Assembly: GCA_963692945.1 (NCBI GenBank)
Contig: OY843585.1
Location: 1,320,001-1,352,000 of the forward strand
DNA: 32,000 nucleotides
Reading direction: 5' to 3'
From: Bdellovibrionales bacterium
GTDB lineage: Bacteria > Bdellovibrionota > Bdellovibrionia > Bdellovibrionales > UBA1609
Positions within the stretch are counted from its first letter, which is position 1. Each line of letters starts with the position of its first letter. Shown piece after piece: positions 9,117 to 18,506 of the stretch. Under the pieces are notes generated by a model that worked only from the letters and a program-made list of their open reading frames with translations, was not told the origin of the DNA and searched no databases. A program made the translations under genes and the position numbers.

Positions 9117-12100
9117 CTATAACCTACTTTGAATTCTTTTTGATAGTCTATTTAATTTTTCCTTAAAATTCGCTGTTTTAGAATAAAGAGATAGTTCAGC
9201 AACAAGCCCTTTGGCCTCTTCCTGCAATTTTTTATCTTCAAATCCATAGGTCAAAACGATTGCATAATTTAAAAGAACTTCTGGTCTAGGGGATGGTCTT
9301 TTAGAGAATTTTTTAAACAAAGAAAAAGCCGTTTTCCATTTCTTAATACCTAATAAAGAAGCCCCATAGTTATTTAAACTTGCTTTGGATTTTAGATTTT
9401 TAACAGACCATCTTTTTAAAATTTGTGCATAAGATTTTTTATAAAGGATAAAGGCATTGTAATAGTCATAGTTTTTTATAAAGACAGTGGCTAAATTTGC
9501 TTTTGCAATGGCATAAGAACTATCTGCAGCCAAAGCCTTTTTAAAGTAAGTTACAGCTTCACGAACATCACCATATTTTAAAGCCACAACTCCCAAATTA
9601 TTCAACAACACAGGCTTCTTACTATTTTTAGAAAGAATTCGATTCATAATAAGAGAACCTATTTTCATCTTACCATGCTTCAAATAAAAGAAAGCAAGAG
9701 AGTTAATCGCTAAAACATTATTGGAATCTTTATTTAACACATTAGAAGTTGCTTCTAAAACCTCCGATTCTTTTCCAGACCGGATAGCTTGTTCAATGGC
9801 TTCAAGGTCTTCTATTGAAACATCATATTGTAAACCTGCTGTCAGAGTACTTAAAAAACCCTTATCAATAGTTCCTTTTTTGTCAAAAATTTCTAAATCT
9901 AAAACCTCTGGTAAAACAGAAGGTGCCACAAATTTCTGAAAATCATTACCCTTAAACTCCATAGAACTTAAGCCCTCATGGATGACAGTTAACCACTCAC
10001 TATAAACTTTAAATCCTTTTGACTTCTCTAATGCCAATTCATAACTTTTAACAGCCTCTTTAATATAAGGAGCAATCAATTTTTTAATACCTTCCTTATA
10101 TTTTTTTACCCCTTGTTTATCTAACCCTTTAGGAGTTGGAGTGTTATAAATGGCTTCAGCCATTTTCTGATTGGCCAATCCTATTAAAGATAAAGAGGCA
10201 ATGATTTGCTCTCCTTCATTATAACGAATAATAGGTCTTAAATTTTGCCCCAATCTTTTTAATAGTTTTATTTTTTTCTCTACAGCTGCTTTTTGTAAAC
10301 GGGATTGTTTAGGAATTTTAATATTTAAAAATTGATTATAAATTTTTTGAACAATATAAAAATGAGATCTAGCTCCATAAGATATTCCAACACCTAATCT
10401 TTTTTGAAGAGATAAAGTCTTTTTATGCCAAACATAGGATTGCGCTTTATTTCTTAATTTTTTATTGTAAATGTTTGCAACTTTAAAAGAAGCCTTAACT
10501 AAATTCAAACGATTAGAAGAGTTAGATTTAAGATATCTACTGTAATAACCTATAGCTTTTGACCAACTTCTATTTCGCTCGTAAAGAAGTCCCATTAAGT
10601 ACAAAACCTCATAACGTTCATTGCTCTTGTTTAAAGATAAAAATTTATTATAAGAGAAAACGGCATCCGCTACATTGTTGAAAGCATCAAAAATAACACC
10701 TGCGTTATACCAATAATCAACAGATTTAGAACTTTTAGGAAAACTCTTAGCATAAAAAGCATAACTATTTGCAGCCGCTTTATAAAAACCAAGCCTCTCT
10801 TGTAAAACAGGTAAAAACTCATTGGATTTTTTACGAATATTCCAACTTTTTTTTGATTTATAAGTTAGAACAGCAGAATACATGGATATCGCTTTTTTAA
10901 TATCTTTTGCTTTTTCATAGTTGATAGCCGCGTTGTAATAAGCAACAGGAGCTAAAACCCCTGATGGATTTTCTTTTGCAAACTTATAATAAAGGTCTGC
11001 ACTTTTTTTAAATTCCTTATTCACTGCTAAGTCTTGAGCCTTCTTAAAAGAAAGTTGCTCTAATATAAAGTTAGCCTCTTTCAACAACTCCTTATCTGCA
11101 TCCTTACTATTAGAAAACTGAGTGGCTAATTTGGCTAAAGCCTTATAATCTTTATTCTTATTATAAATATCTAATAATAAACTACCTACATTACTAATGT
11201 GTTTGAAGTTAGGATACTTTTCAGATAAATCTTCAAAATGCTTAACCGACAAAGAGTACTGATTAAAATTATAATACAAAACAGCAATCCGATAGAGAAT
11301 GGAAGAAGAGTTTTTTTCATTAGGAAATTTTTTTAAATATCTTAAAGACACTTGAATAAAAGCTTTGATAGTATCTGGAAACTCAACTGCAGATGTGGTA
11401 TTACCAACTATTTTATTGATTGCCTTTTGAGAAGGAAGAGTTTTTTCTAAAGCCAAAAGCTGATTGATATAGGAAGGCTTAACATATTTTGTTTTAGGAT
11501 AATTTTTAATAACATCCTCATAAGCTTTAACGGCTTGAACATATCTTTTAGAATCAAATAGCAATTCTCCATAGAAAAAAAACATTTGAGCCGCTTGTTT
11601 AGATTTTCTAAATTCAGAAAAATATATTTTATAGAAATTCAAAGCAAGAGTCTTTTCTTTAACACTCTTTGATATACGAAAAGTTTGATGATTTTTTAAA
11701 GCATAATTCCTTAAAGTCACCTCAATAAGATTAATGGATTTTTGAACCAGGTTTTTATTTCCAGAGTTGACTCTAGCCCAAGGACTTCCTATGCCATACT
11801 CCTTAACCCATTCTTGAAATTCGTTTAAAATTTGAGAGATTTTTCCAAAATCATATATCACATGAACAATTTGATATTTATAATCAAAGGCTTCTGCTCC
11901 TGTTGGATCATGAACAATTAAATCATTAAACAAAGATCTAACACCTCTCGCATTACCCGTGTCACGGTAAGCATAAGCCAGTTTCTTTAAAGACCTCCAT
12001 GCCACCTTCTCATTTAAAAGATTAAGAAAAAAAGACTTTGCTCTTTCAGGTGGTTGTTTAGAGTAAGTGTAAAATAAAATCAAATCTTGAGTGGCTTCAG

Positions 12101-13181
12101 TAGTAAATGTGAATCTCTGGGATTTTCTATATCGAGATTTTGTTTCTTTACCCTCTCTAATGATTTGTTTTAAAATATTTAAACCTTTTGTAACATAATA
12201 CATTTTATAGTTACACCAAGCCTTTTTATAAAGTGCAAAGAAGTAAAATTTACCATTTTTATTTTTAGCGACCTTATTATAATATCTTAAAGACAACTTC
12301 CATTGTTGTTTTTTAAAATAATGCTCCCCTAACTGGAACCAAGCCTCATAGAGATAAGAACTTTTTGGAAATTGCGTTTCAAGCTCTTTAAAGTAATTAG
12401 CACCTCGTTCAAATCTAGATAATTGGTAAGAGTTAAAACCTAAGAAAAATAAAACCTCATCCAAACGAGAATGTTTAGGATATCTATTCTTAAAACTTTG
12501 GAAGATCTTTAAAGCTTTTTTATTATAAACTTCTGCCATTCTCAAACTCAAATAAGGCTTTGACTTTCTAAGACCTTGCTCAAACTCAACCATTTTCTTT
12601 TCATAATCCATCTGCAGTTTAAAAGTAATAATTCTTGATTTCTCTACATATAAACTACCTAATCGTAAAGTGAGATCGGCAGTCCGTCTTTTCTTAAGGA
12701 GTCTAAAAATATGATTGATCTCTTCATTGATGATACTTTCCAATTCGGCTTCATCTGTTCCTGAAGGATAGTAAAGTTGGGAGCTAGAAGGAGGCTTTAC
12801 CTCTTTAAGAGAGATAGATTTTTTCTTTTTTTTAAAAAAAGTTTTAATCTTTGGAATCTTAATTGTATTTGATCTTTGGAATCTTGATTTTTTTGTCTTC
12901 TTCCTTTTTGCAGCCAAATCTCTTTCAAAAATAGGATCCTGTTCTATATCTCCAAGAAGTTCGGAACTTTTTTGAGATGTCTCTCGCTCAGAAACAACAA
13001 CTTCCCCTTCTCCCCAATCGGAACTTTTTTGAGATGTCTCTTGCTCAGAAACAACAACTTCCCCTTCTCCCCAATCGGAACTTTTTTGAGATGTCTCTTG
13101 CTCAGAAACAACAACTTCCCCTTCTCCCCAAGATGAAGGAACAAGAAAAACGCACAATAAAAGTAAGAAATACTTATTCAC
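9117..13181 (-). CDS. very large secreted TPR-repeat protein, GltD/AgmU-like
   Basis: 1354 aa. Signal peptide MNKYFLLLLCVFLVPSSWG, a triple 19-aa acidic repeat, then dozens of TPR-like units (recurring A..YY/F..A...Y..G.Y..A patterns). The GTG start overlaps the upstream gene by 8 nt. Confidence 0.8.
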   Translation of the reverse strand: MNKYFLLLLCVFLVPSSWGEGEVVVSEQETSQKSSDWGEGEVVVSEQETSQKSSDWGEGEVVVSERETSQKSSELLGDIEQDPIFERDLAAKRKKTKKSRFQRSNTIKIPKIKTFFKKKKKSISLKEVKPPSSSQLYYPSGTDEAELESIINEEINHIFRLLKKRRTADLTLRLGSLYVEKSRIITFKLQMDYEKKMVEFEQGLRKSKPYLSLRMAEVYNKKALKIFQSFKNRYPKHSRLDEVLFFLGFNSYQLSRFERGANYFKELETQFPKSSYLYEAWFQLGEHYFKKQQWKLSLRYYNKVAKNKNGKFYFFALYKKAWCNYKMYYVTKGLNILKQIIREGKETKSRYRKSQRFTFTTEATQDLILFYTYSKQPPERAKSFFLNLLNEKVAWRSLKKLAYAYRDTGNARGVRSLFNDLIVHDPTGAEAFDYKYQIVHVIYDFGKISQILNEFQEWVKEYGIGSPWARVNSGNKNLVQKSINLIEVTLRNYALKNHQTFRISKSVKEKTLALNFYKIYFSEFRKSKQAAQMFFFYGELLFDSKRYVQAVKAYEDVIKNYPKTKYVKPSYINQLLALEKTLPSQKAINKIVGNTTSAVEFPDTIKAFIQVSLRYLKKFPNEKNSSSILYRIAVLYYNFNQYSLSVKHFEDLSEKYPNFKHISNVGSLLLDIYNKNKDYKALAKLATQFSNSKDADKELLKEANFILEQLSFKKAQDLAVNKEFKKSADLYYKFAKENPSGVLAPVAYYNAAINYEKAKDIKKAISMYSAVLTYKSKKSWNIRKKSNEFLPVLQERLGFYKAAANSYAFYAKSFPKSSKSVDYWYNAGVIFDAFNNVADAVFSYNKFLSLNKSNERYEVLYLMGLLYERNRSWSKAIGYYSRYLKSNSSNRLNLVKASFKVANIYNKKLRNKAQSYVWHKKTLSLQKRLGVGISYGARSHFYIVQKIYNQFLNIKIPKQSRLQKAAVEKKIKLLKRLGQNLRPIIRYNEGEQIIASLSLIGLANQKMAEAIYNTPTPKGLDKQGVKKYKEGIKKLIAPYIKEAVKSYELALEKSKGFKVYSEWLTVIHEGLSSMEFKGNDFQKFVAPSVLPEVLDLEIFDKKGTIDKGFLSTLTAGLQYDVSIEDLEAIEQAIRSGKESEVLEATSNVLNKDSNNVLAINSLAFFYLKHGKMKIGSLIMNRILSKNSKKPVLLNNLGVVALKYGDVREAVTYFKKALAADSSYAIAKANLATVFIKNYDYYNAFILYKKSYAQILKRWSVKNLKSKASLNNYGASLLGIKKWKTAFSLFKKFSKRPSPRPEVLLNYAIVLTYGFEDKKLQEEAKGLVAELSLYSKTANFKEKLNRLSKRIQSRL
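12961..13131. repeat. 57-bp tandem repeat x3 (one mismatch) inside the large TPR gene
   Basis: The unit tcggaacttttttgagatgtctct[c/t]gctcagaaacaacaacttccccttctccccaa starts at 12961, 13018 and 13075. It is in frame (19 aa) and encodes (S)SDWGEGEVVVSE[Q/R]ETSQKS. Confidence 0.95.
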
Positions 13182-14682
13182 AACTATGCTGCCCCAAATA
13201 ATGATAATTTCCTACTTCATCCAACCAAGACTCCCCATTAAAAGGCCAGTACTCATAACCATTTTGTATATAATAATTACGACTGACTTTTTCATCAATT
13301 TGCAAAGTATCCACATACCTACGAGCAATTTTCTTTTTCACATACTCCCTCTTACCTCTTAACATATCATACCTTAAATACTGTTCTGAAGTAGAAAGTC
13401 TGCTTAAATCTTTTTTAACCCCCAAAAGAATGCTCTTAATAAGCTTACCAGATATTTTTTGAGTTGTTGAAATACGAGATTTTAAAATATAACTGGCATT
13501 TCTACCCACACGATTTCTCCTCCACGATGCAGGAAGAGATTGAATAACTTCCTGTTCCTTCTTTAATTTTTCTAAATAATCTAGGTAAGATTTAAATTGT
13601 GCATTTTTCATAACTCTATGCAAAACAATAGGAGGAAGAGAAGCAAAAGCCTTATTAGAATCTCCTTTATCCTTTAATCTCTTTGTTTCCATAATAGCAT
13701 TAAAGTAAGAAGTATAAAGTTTTCCCCATCTTAAAGACTGCTTCACTTTTTTCAAGGTTGGCAAATACATAGAATTAAAAAGATCTAACACTTTTTCCAT
13801 TTCATAATACTTACATATATAAAGATACACATAAGCTCTTAAAATAAGAGATTCAGGTTGATAAAAACCCCTGTAAAAACTGGAATGAAGAGATTGAAAG
13901 TTACTTAAAGCAGAACGAAACTTTCCAGATCTTAAAAAGTTCCAACTGTTCTCCAACAAAACATCGTGAAAATATTCCGTATCTTTAGGTATAGAGCGAT
14001 AAACTTTAATGGATTCATTAAATCTTCTCCCTTGATATAAAACACGAGCCAAACCCATTAAAGCGGCTACACGGTTCGTCTCTACAACATTAGAATAACT
14101 AGAAGCTAAATCTTTAAAAAGTTGAGCTGATTTACGGATTTTATTTTCTTCTGCATAACTTAGAGCTCTATAATAAATGGCACGGCTATAAAAAGATGTT
14201 CCTCTTTTTATTTTTGAAAAATAATAGTGAGATTTTTTATGCTTACCTTTATTAAAATAAACAACTCCAAAATAAAAATACAATTTATCTTTTTGTGCAA
14301 CAGGAAAGTCTCTTTCTTTAATCTGACTGACAATGTAATAAAATAAGTTGTTATCGCCCAGGTATTCAACAATATCCGTTAATTTCTCTAAAGCTTTACG
14401 CCTATAAGCTCCTCTATTTCTTTTGATCACATAAATAAATTGAAGAGAAGCTAAGTGATAAAGTTTCATTTCCATAAAAGCAATACCTAAAGTGTATTTA
14501 ATCTGGGATCTTTTGTTACTAAAAGATCTTAATCGACTCAATCTATAAAGTTCTCTGGATCCAAGATTAAAATCTCCTTTTTCTATAAGATTTATCGCTC
14601 TACGAAGCTGCGTTCTAGGTGTTAGTGCTATAGAAGCACTAGAAAAAAAGAACAGACAAATTATAAAAAATACTTTTTTCAT
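13174..14682 (-). CDS. secreted TPR-repeat protein, GltC/GltE(AglT)-like
   Basis: 502 aa. Signal peptide MKKVFFIICLFFFSSASIA and TPR-like repeats throughout. ATGA overlap with the upstream barrel gene. Its position after the two barrel genes mirrors gltB-gltA-gltC, while its size is closer to AglT. Confidence 0.72.
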   Translation of the reverse strand: MKKVFFIICLFFFSSASIALTPRTQLRRAINLIEKGDFNLGSRELYRLSRLRSFSNKRSQIKYTLGIAFMEMKLYHLASLQFIYVIKRNRGAYRRKALEKLTDIVEYLGDNNLFYYIVSQIKERDFPVAQKDKLYFYFGVVYFNKGKHKKSHYYFSKIKRGTSFYSRAIYYRALSYAEENKIRKSAQLFKDLASSYSNVVETNRVAALMGLARVLYQGRRFNESIKVYRSIPKDTEYFHDVLLENSWNFLRSGKFRSALSNFQSLHSSFYRGFYQPESLILRAYVYLYICKYYEMEKVLDLFNSMYLPTLKKVKQSLRWGKLYTSYFNAIMETKRLKDKGDSNKAFASLPPIVLHRVMKNAQFKSYLDYLEKLKKEQEVIQSLPASWRRNRVGRNASYILKSRISTTQKISGKLIKSILLGVKKDLSRLSTSEQYLRYDMLRGKREYVKKKIARRYVDTLQIDEKVSRNYYIQNGYEYWPFNGESWLDEVGNYHYLGQHSCE

Positions 14683-15482
14683 CTATATGTTGCTCCAGGA
14701 AAATAATAACTCACACCTATAGAAAAGTTTAAATCACTATGCCACTTCAAACCTTCTATACCAGACAACTGGTAAGTGTAGAAAAACCATTTCAAATTCC
14801 AAATCAACCCAACGTTTTTATTAAGTGCAAAAACTTGACCCAATCCTAAAGAACCCGTTGGAACCCAATTTTTAACAGGTGCAGGTAAAGGGCTTTCATC
14901 CTTCAGCTCAGATTGCAATGCAGGAGTGATACCACTAGTCACTTTTGTAACTCCCCCACCTAAAGTAAAAAACATATCAAAATAAACTATATTATTATTT
15001 AAAACAGCAAATTTTCCAAAGACAGGACTCCACTTGTAATAGACTCCACCATAAGTTTGAGAAACAACAAAACTATAAGGTAATATTCTATTAGGCTCAC
15101 CAATCAAATCCCCAGCGATTATCTTTGTATTATGATACATTCCATAACCTTCTAAACCAAAACCATGATCTTCTCTTACAAAAAAACCAAGATGACCCGA
15201 ACCTCCTATAAAATAAAAGAAACTATTATTGATAGTAGAAGAAAAAGAAGCACTGATTTCTCCACGAAAAGTTTTTTGCAAATATCTTTTTTGAATAATG
15301 GAAACGGATTCAAAAGGTGTAAGGCCTTTCAAATCAGAAATAGTCTTTACTTTTAATTTCTTTAATCTTTCTAAATTCGTATCAACCGATTCCTCTATAA
15401 AATCATCTCTAGGACTCTCAGAAAAGCATAAGAAAGGCACTAAAAAAAATAGAAGTGTAATTTTTAACCCGTACTTTTTCAT
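14679..15482 (-). CDS. outer-membrane beta-barrel protein, GltA/GltB-like
   Basis: 267 aa. Signal peptide (LLFFLVPFLCFSES). Gly/Tyr-rich amphipathic beta-strand pattern (GGVYYKWSPVFGKFAVL, FFTLGGGVTKV, LGLGQVFALNKNVGLIWNLKWFFYTY). ATGA overlap on both sides. Confidence 0.65.
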   Translation of the reverse strand: MKKYGLKITLLFFLVPFLCFSESPRDDFIEESVDTNLERLKKLKVKTISDLKGLTPFESVSIIQKRYLQKTFRGEISASFSSTINNSFFYFIGGSGHLGFFVREDHGFGLEGYGMYHNTKIIAGDLIGEPNRILPYSFVVSQTYGGVYYKWSPVFGKFAVLNNNIVYFDMFFTLGGGVTKVTSGITPALQSELKDESPLPAPVKNWVPTGSLGLGQVFALNKNVGLIWNLKWFFYTYQLSGIEGLKWHSDLNFSIGVSYYFPGATYR

Positions 15483-16219
15483 ATCAACAATACAACTCCC
15501 ATATTCGCTATTAAATTAAAAATCATTCTTTTATCTTCAGCTGGAATCTGATTGTATCGCATCTCTTGAACTTCTTTTCCTAAATTTATACGAGCAGGAT
15601 TTGGACCTCTATAAAAATAAAACCCAATATCTCCACGAAGAGCAAACCACTTGTTAAAATACAATTTTTGACCAAACCCCATATTACCTGCAACTTGTTT
15701 TGTCCCATGATTAAAAATCATTAAGCCAGGCCCTATATATCCATAAATAGAAAGATTTAAAACAAACTGTTTGGTTAAACTGATCTTTCCATAGTAAGGC
15801 ACATATTTATAATTTAAAAATCCCATCATTTGAGGATAAGGAACTTTCTGCACATCAAAAGTTTTTCCATCTCTCAACCCATTACCCTCTTTAAGAGCAC
15901 GACCAGAAAAAGAATAGTCAGGATAAAAATAAGTACCTGTTAAACTAAAACCATGAATTTCTGAAATATAAAAAGCCACCAACCCTGTTCCATAGATAGG
16001 GTAATAAAAAGGTTCATCTAAACCAAAACTGATAGTTGCACCTAATTCAAATCTATTTTTTAGACTAACTCTCCTATCTAAAACCATATTTCTTGGCTGA
16101 AAAATAGGAAGCACAGCCTCCGAAGCCAATTCTTCATCTGGAAATTGTATCCGTACCGCTTCTGATGTTAATACACTAAACAACAAAAGCAGTGTAAAAG
16201 TAGACTTCAAGCTGCTCAC
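15479..16219 (-). CDS. outer-membrane beta-barrel protein, GltA/GltB-like (paralog of 14679-15482)
   Basis: 246 aa. Signal peptide (TFTLLLLFSVLTSEA). Same architecture and shared motifs with its neighbour (FELGATISFG, YGKISL, GFGQKLYFNKWFALRGDIGFYFY). GTG start with no obvious SD. Confidence 0.62.
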   Translation of the reverse strand: MSSLKSTFTLLLLFSVLTSEAVRIQFPDEELASEAVLPIFQPRNMVLDRRVSLKNRFELGATISFGLDEPFYYPIYGTGLVAFYISEIHGFSLTGTYFYPDYSFSGRALKEGNGLRDGKTFDVQKVPYPQMMGFLNYKYVPYYGKISLTKQFVLNLSIYGYIGPGLMIFNHGTKQVAGNMGFGQKLYFNKWFALRGDIGFYFYRGPNPARINLGKEVQEMRYNQIPAEDKRMIFNLIANMGVVLLI

Positions 16220-16330
16220 AGTGACTATAATAAAGACTTTTTCACACTTATTGAAGTATTCCCTTACTTCTTTAAACTATAGCTCGGCTTTAGTCTTATA
16301 AAAAGACAGATTTAAGCCAAGTGTAAAATG

Positions 16331-17236
16331 TCAGTTACTTATCTTAAAATTTTTATAAAATTCTTCTGTAAATTCTTCTTTAATGTCTTTTGGTGCAGGT
16401 AACAACCATCGCTTAGGATCTTTAAAAACAAAACCCATCATTTCTTGCATAACAGCCAAACTTTTTCCATCTATATAACGATGATTTATAGTCACACAAA
16501 ATCTCAACATATCTTTAACAACAACCTCTCTATTTTCATTTACAACAGGTCTAGGTTTTACAAGTCCTATAGCAATTAAAATGGGAACCCGACCGTAAGG
16601 TATTAAAGGAATAAAAGTATTCTCAACACCAATTTGTCCTAAATTAGAAATGGCAACAGCTCCAAAGGGATCATAAGGGACTCCCTTCAAACGAATATTT
16701 AAAGTGTAAAGTAAAAAAGCAGTTAGATCTAAAAAGTAACTCATTAAAAATGTTGGTACTTTTTTTAGCAAATTATTTTGAGACTTTATACTTTCCGATT
16801 TAATCTCTTTGGTTTCAATAATTTTTTCTTTTAATTTTTGATAAAGTTCAATCAAACTTAATTTTGTTACACCATGAACAACACAGTTAGAAAGATTGAA
16901 TTTTTTTGGATTATCCTTTTTAGTTATAGCCACCATATAAGAAATACTAACCTCATCCCTTTGATAAAGAACTCCTGCTCTTAAAATAGTATTCAATTGA
17001 GGACGAACTGCAAAAATCAAAGCAACGGCTTGAGAGATTATGTAGGTAGGCGTTAGTTTAATCCCTTTTTCTTTTAACACCCAATCTGTTAACTCCTGAG
17101 CTTTTTCATAGTCCACATCAGACCAATGATAGATAGAAGGATCTTTAGCATTTTTCCAAGAACCAATAGCCAATCTTTGATAAGTGGTTAACTTTTTTAT
17201 TCTACTTAATTTAAGATGCTTCATCCTTGACAACAC
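16331..17236 (-). CDS. stand-alone 2-oxoacid-dehydrogenase-E2/CAT-fold acyltransferase catalytic-domain protein
   Basis: 301 aa. A C-terminal INHRYIDGKSLAVMQ matches the E2 catalytic DHRxxDG motif with His and Asp-Gly retained and the first D changed to N. No lipoyl or E1/E3-binding domain is present. GTG start at 17236; ATG at 17224 is an alternative. Confidence 0.68.
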   Translation of the reverse strand: MLSRMKHLKLSRIKKLTTYQRLAIGSWKNAKDPSIYHWSDVDYEKAQELTDWVLKEKGIKLTPTYIISQAVALIFAVRPQLNTILRAGVLYQRDEVSISYMVAITKKDNPKKFNLSNCVVHGVTKLSLIELYQKLKEKIIETKEIKSESIKSQNNLLKKVPTFLMSYFLDLTAFLLYTLNIRLKGVPYDPFGAVAISNLGQIGVENTFIPLIPYGRVPILIAIGLVKPRPVVNENREVVVKDMLRFCVTINHRYIDGKSLAVMQEMMGFVFKDPKRWLLPAPKDIKEEFTEEFYKNFKISN

Positions 17237-17282
17237 ATGTATTGCGTTCCTTATTTTTATTTTACACTTTTAAGATTCATTT

Positions 17283-17981
17283 TCAAGTTCTTTTATTTGT
17301 AGCTACTTGCATTTTGAGGATGCGACGAGATAGATAAGGCACGATATAGTAAATGCCTATAGCAACAAATACACCTATCAAAGCATCTAAAAGAAAATGC
17401 TGTTTTACAAAAACAGTAGATGTTGCTATTAGAATAGCTAAAAATAAATAGATTCTCTTATAGCTTCCTTTTTCCCATAAATAAAATCCAATAATAAGAG
17501 AATGCATGACATGAAGACTAGGAAAATACAAACCGTTAGGATCATGGTTATAAATCCAAGTCAAAATATCTAATAAAAAACCCTGTTCCTGATCAAAGAG
17601 AGGAATACGAGAGTTCACCGATATAGATATTGTAAAAGACAAAATGTAAGTACAAATTGAAGCTATAGCTAAACTCAATGACAGCATTTTTTCTTTCATT
17701 TTTTTCATTGGAATAAAAATAGGGATGAGTATTAAAGGACCATATAAAACATAAGGGATAACCATTGGAATAACAAGTGGAACAGAAAGATCTATCCATA
17801 ATTGAGGAGTCCACCAATGCAAATTGTAGTCCATACTTACCCTACTAAAAAAAGTATAGGTTACAAATTGAAAGACAATATATAAAGCATAACAAGGGTT
17901 AAAAGTAATCGGAATCTTGTTGTATAAAATATTATCAATATTTTTGATAGATTTATTTAACTTGGCCATTGGTTTTTTCAT
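17283..17981 (-). CDS. PAP2-superfamily integral membrane protein (PAP2_3 / sphingomyelin- or IPC-synthase-like)
   Basis: 232 aa with about 6 TM segments. C2-like motif YFPSLHVMHS (PSxH) and C3-like motif VFVKQHFLLDALIG (H[YF]xxD). An AAGGA SD lies 8 nt before the ATG. Confidence 0.62.
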   Translation of the reverse strand: MKKPMAKLNKSIKNIDNILYNKIPITFNPCYALYIVFQFVTYTFFSRVSMDYNLHWWTPQLWIDLSVPLVIPMVIPYVLYGPLILIPIFIPMKKMKEKMLSLSLAIASICTYILSFTISISVNSRIPLFDQEQGFLLDILTWIYNHDPNGLYFPSLHVMHSLIIGFYLWEKGSYKRIYLFLAILIATSTVFVKQHFLLDALIGVFVAIGIYYIVPYLSRRILKMQVATNKRT

Positions 17982-17993
17982 CTTAACATCCTT

Positions 17994-18506
17994 TCATGTT
18001 GTTTGTTGATTTATGTATGGATTGCTTGTTACTAAAGATATAAAAGAATTTGTATAAGTTTTACCTGATAACAAATGACGATAGTTATAATAAGGATAAC
18101 CCCTCCATTCTGACTTTAAATCTTTCGCTAATTTTTTATCAATTTCTCTATCCCCTATAACAAGATGGATTTTTTTATTACAAAATTTAGATACCTCTTT
18201 TGCTGTTTTTTTATGAGGGAAACTAGAATGAAACAAAACTTTAAAATTTGACAAACTTTTAAGTTTGAAATCTGTGATAGGATAAGAGGAGTAAAAAAAT
18301 ACATTGTCTTGACCAAAAAACTGAATAAGAAAATTTATTCTCTCTTTGATATGAGAAGAGTATTTAAGAAAGACTTTATCTGCATTTGCGTATAACAAAT
18401 TTGAATCTTTCAATAAACTATAAAATAAAGAAATCACATGAGCTCTTTGAGATAAAGCCAGTTCCGAATAACTGTATAAAGTGCAATCCATATCAACTAC
18501 AACCAT
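17994..18506 (-). CDS. HAD-superfamily hydrolase (putative phosphatase)
   Basis: 170 aa. N-terminal motif I VVVDMDCTLY (DxDxT) and a distal motif IV LVIGDREID (GDxxxD). Overlaps the upstream gene by 14 nt. Confidence 0.6.
   Translation of the reverse strand: MVVVDMDCTLYSYSELALSQRAHVISLFYSLLKDSNLLYANADKVFLKYSSHIKERINFLIQFFGQDNVFFYSSYPITDFKLKSLSNFKVLFHSSFPHKKTAKEVSKFCNKKIHLVIGDREIDKKLAKDLKSEWRGYPYYNYRHLLSGKTYTNSFISLVTSNPYINQQTT

Noticed and set aside
8411-9939. Plus-strand ORFs 8411-8689, 8951-9166, 9721-9939
   Set aside because: They are antisense shadows of the FHA, small secreted and large TPR genes. Their translations are low-complexity (poly-F/R/K).
12944-13201. ORFs 12944-13144(-) and 12977-13201(+) with internally repeated peptides; also considered a CRISPR-like array
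   Set aside because: The repeated peptides are just alternative-frame readings of the 57-bp x3 tandem repeat inside the GltD-like gene. The repeats are directly abutting with no unique spacers and no cas genes, so this is not a CRISPR array.
15165-15519. Plus-strand ORFs 15165-15356 and 15298-15519
   Set aside because: They are antisense to the beta-barrel genes and have no supporting signals.
16286-16318. Imperfect nested hairpin (ggctt..gtctt-ataaa-aagac..aagcc) between the E2-like gene and the first barrel gene as a terminator
   Set aside because: The stems are only 5 bp each with internal bulges and no flanking U-tract. This is insufficient to claim that termination separates the lipid-type operon from the glt operon.
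17593-17817. 74-aa minus-strand ORF inside the PAP2 gene
   Set aside because: It is an alternative frame of a polytopic membrane-protein gene. The PAP2 frame carries the TM pattern and catalytic motifs.
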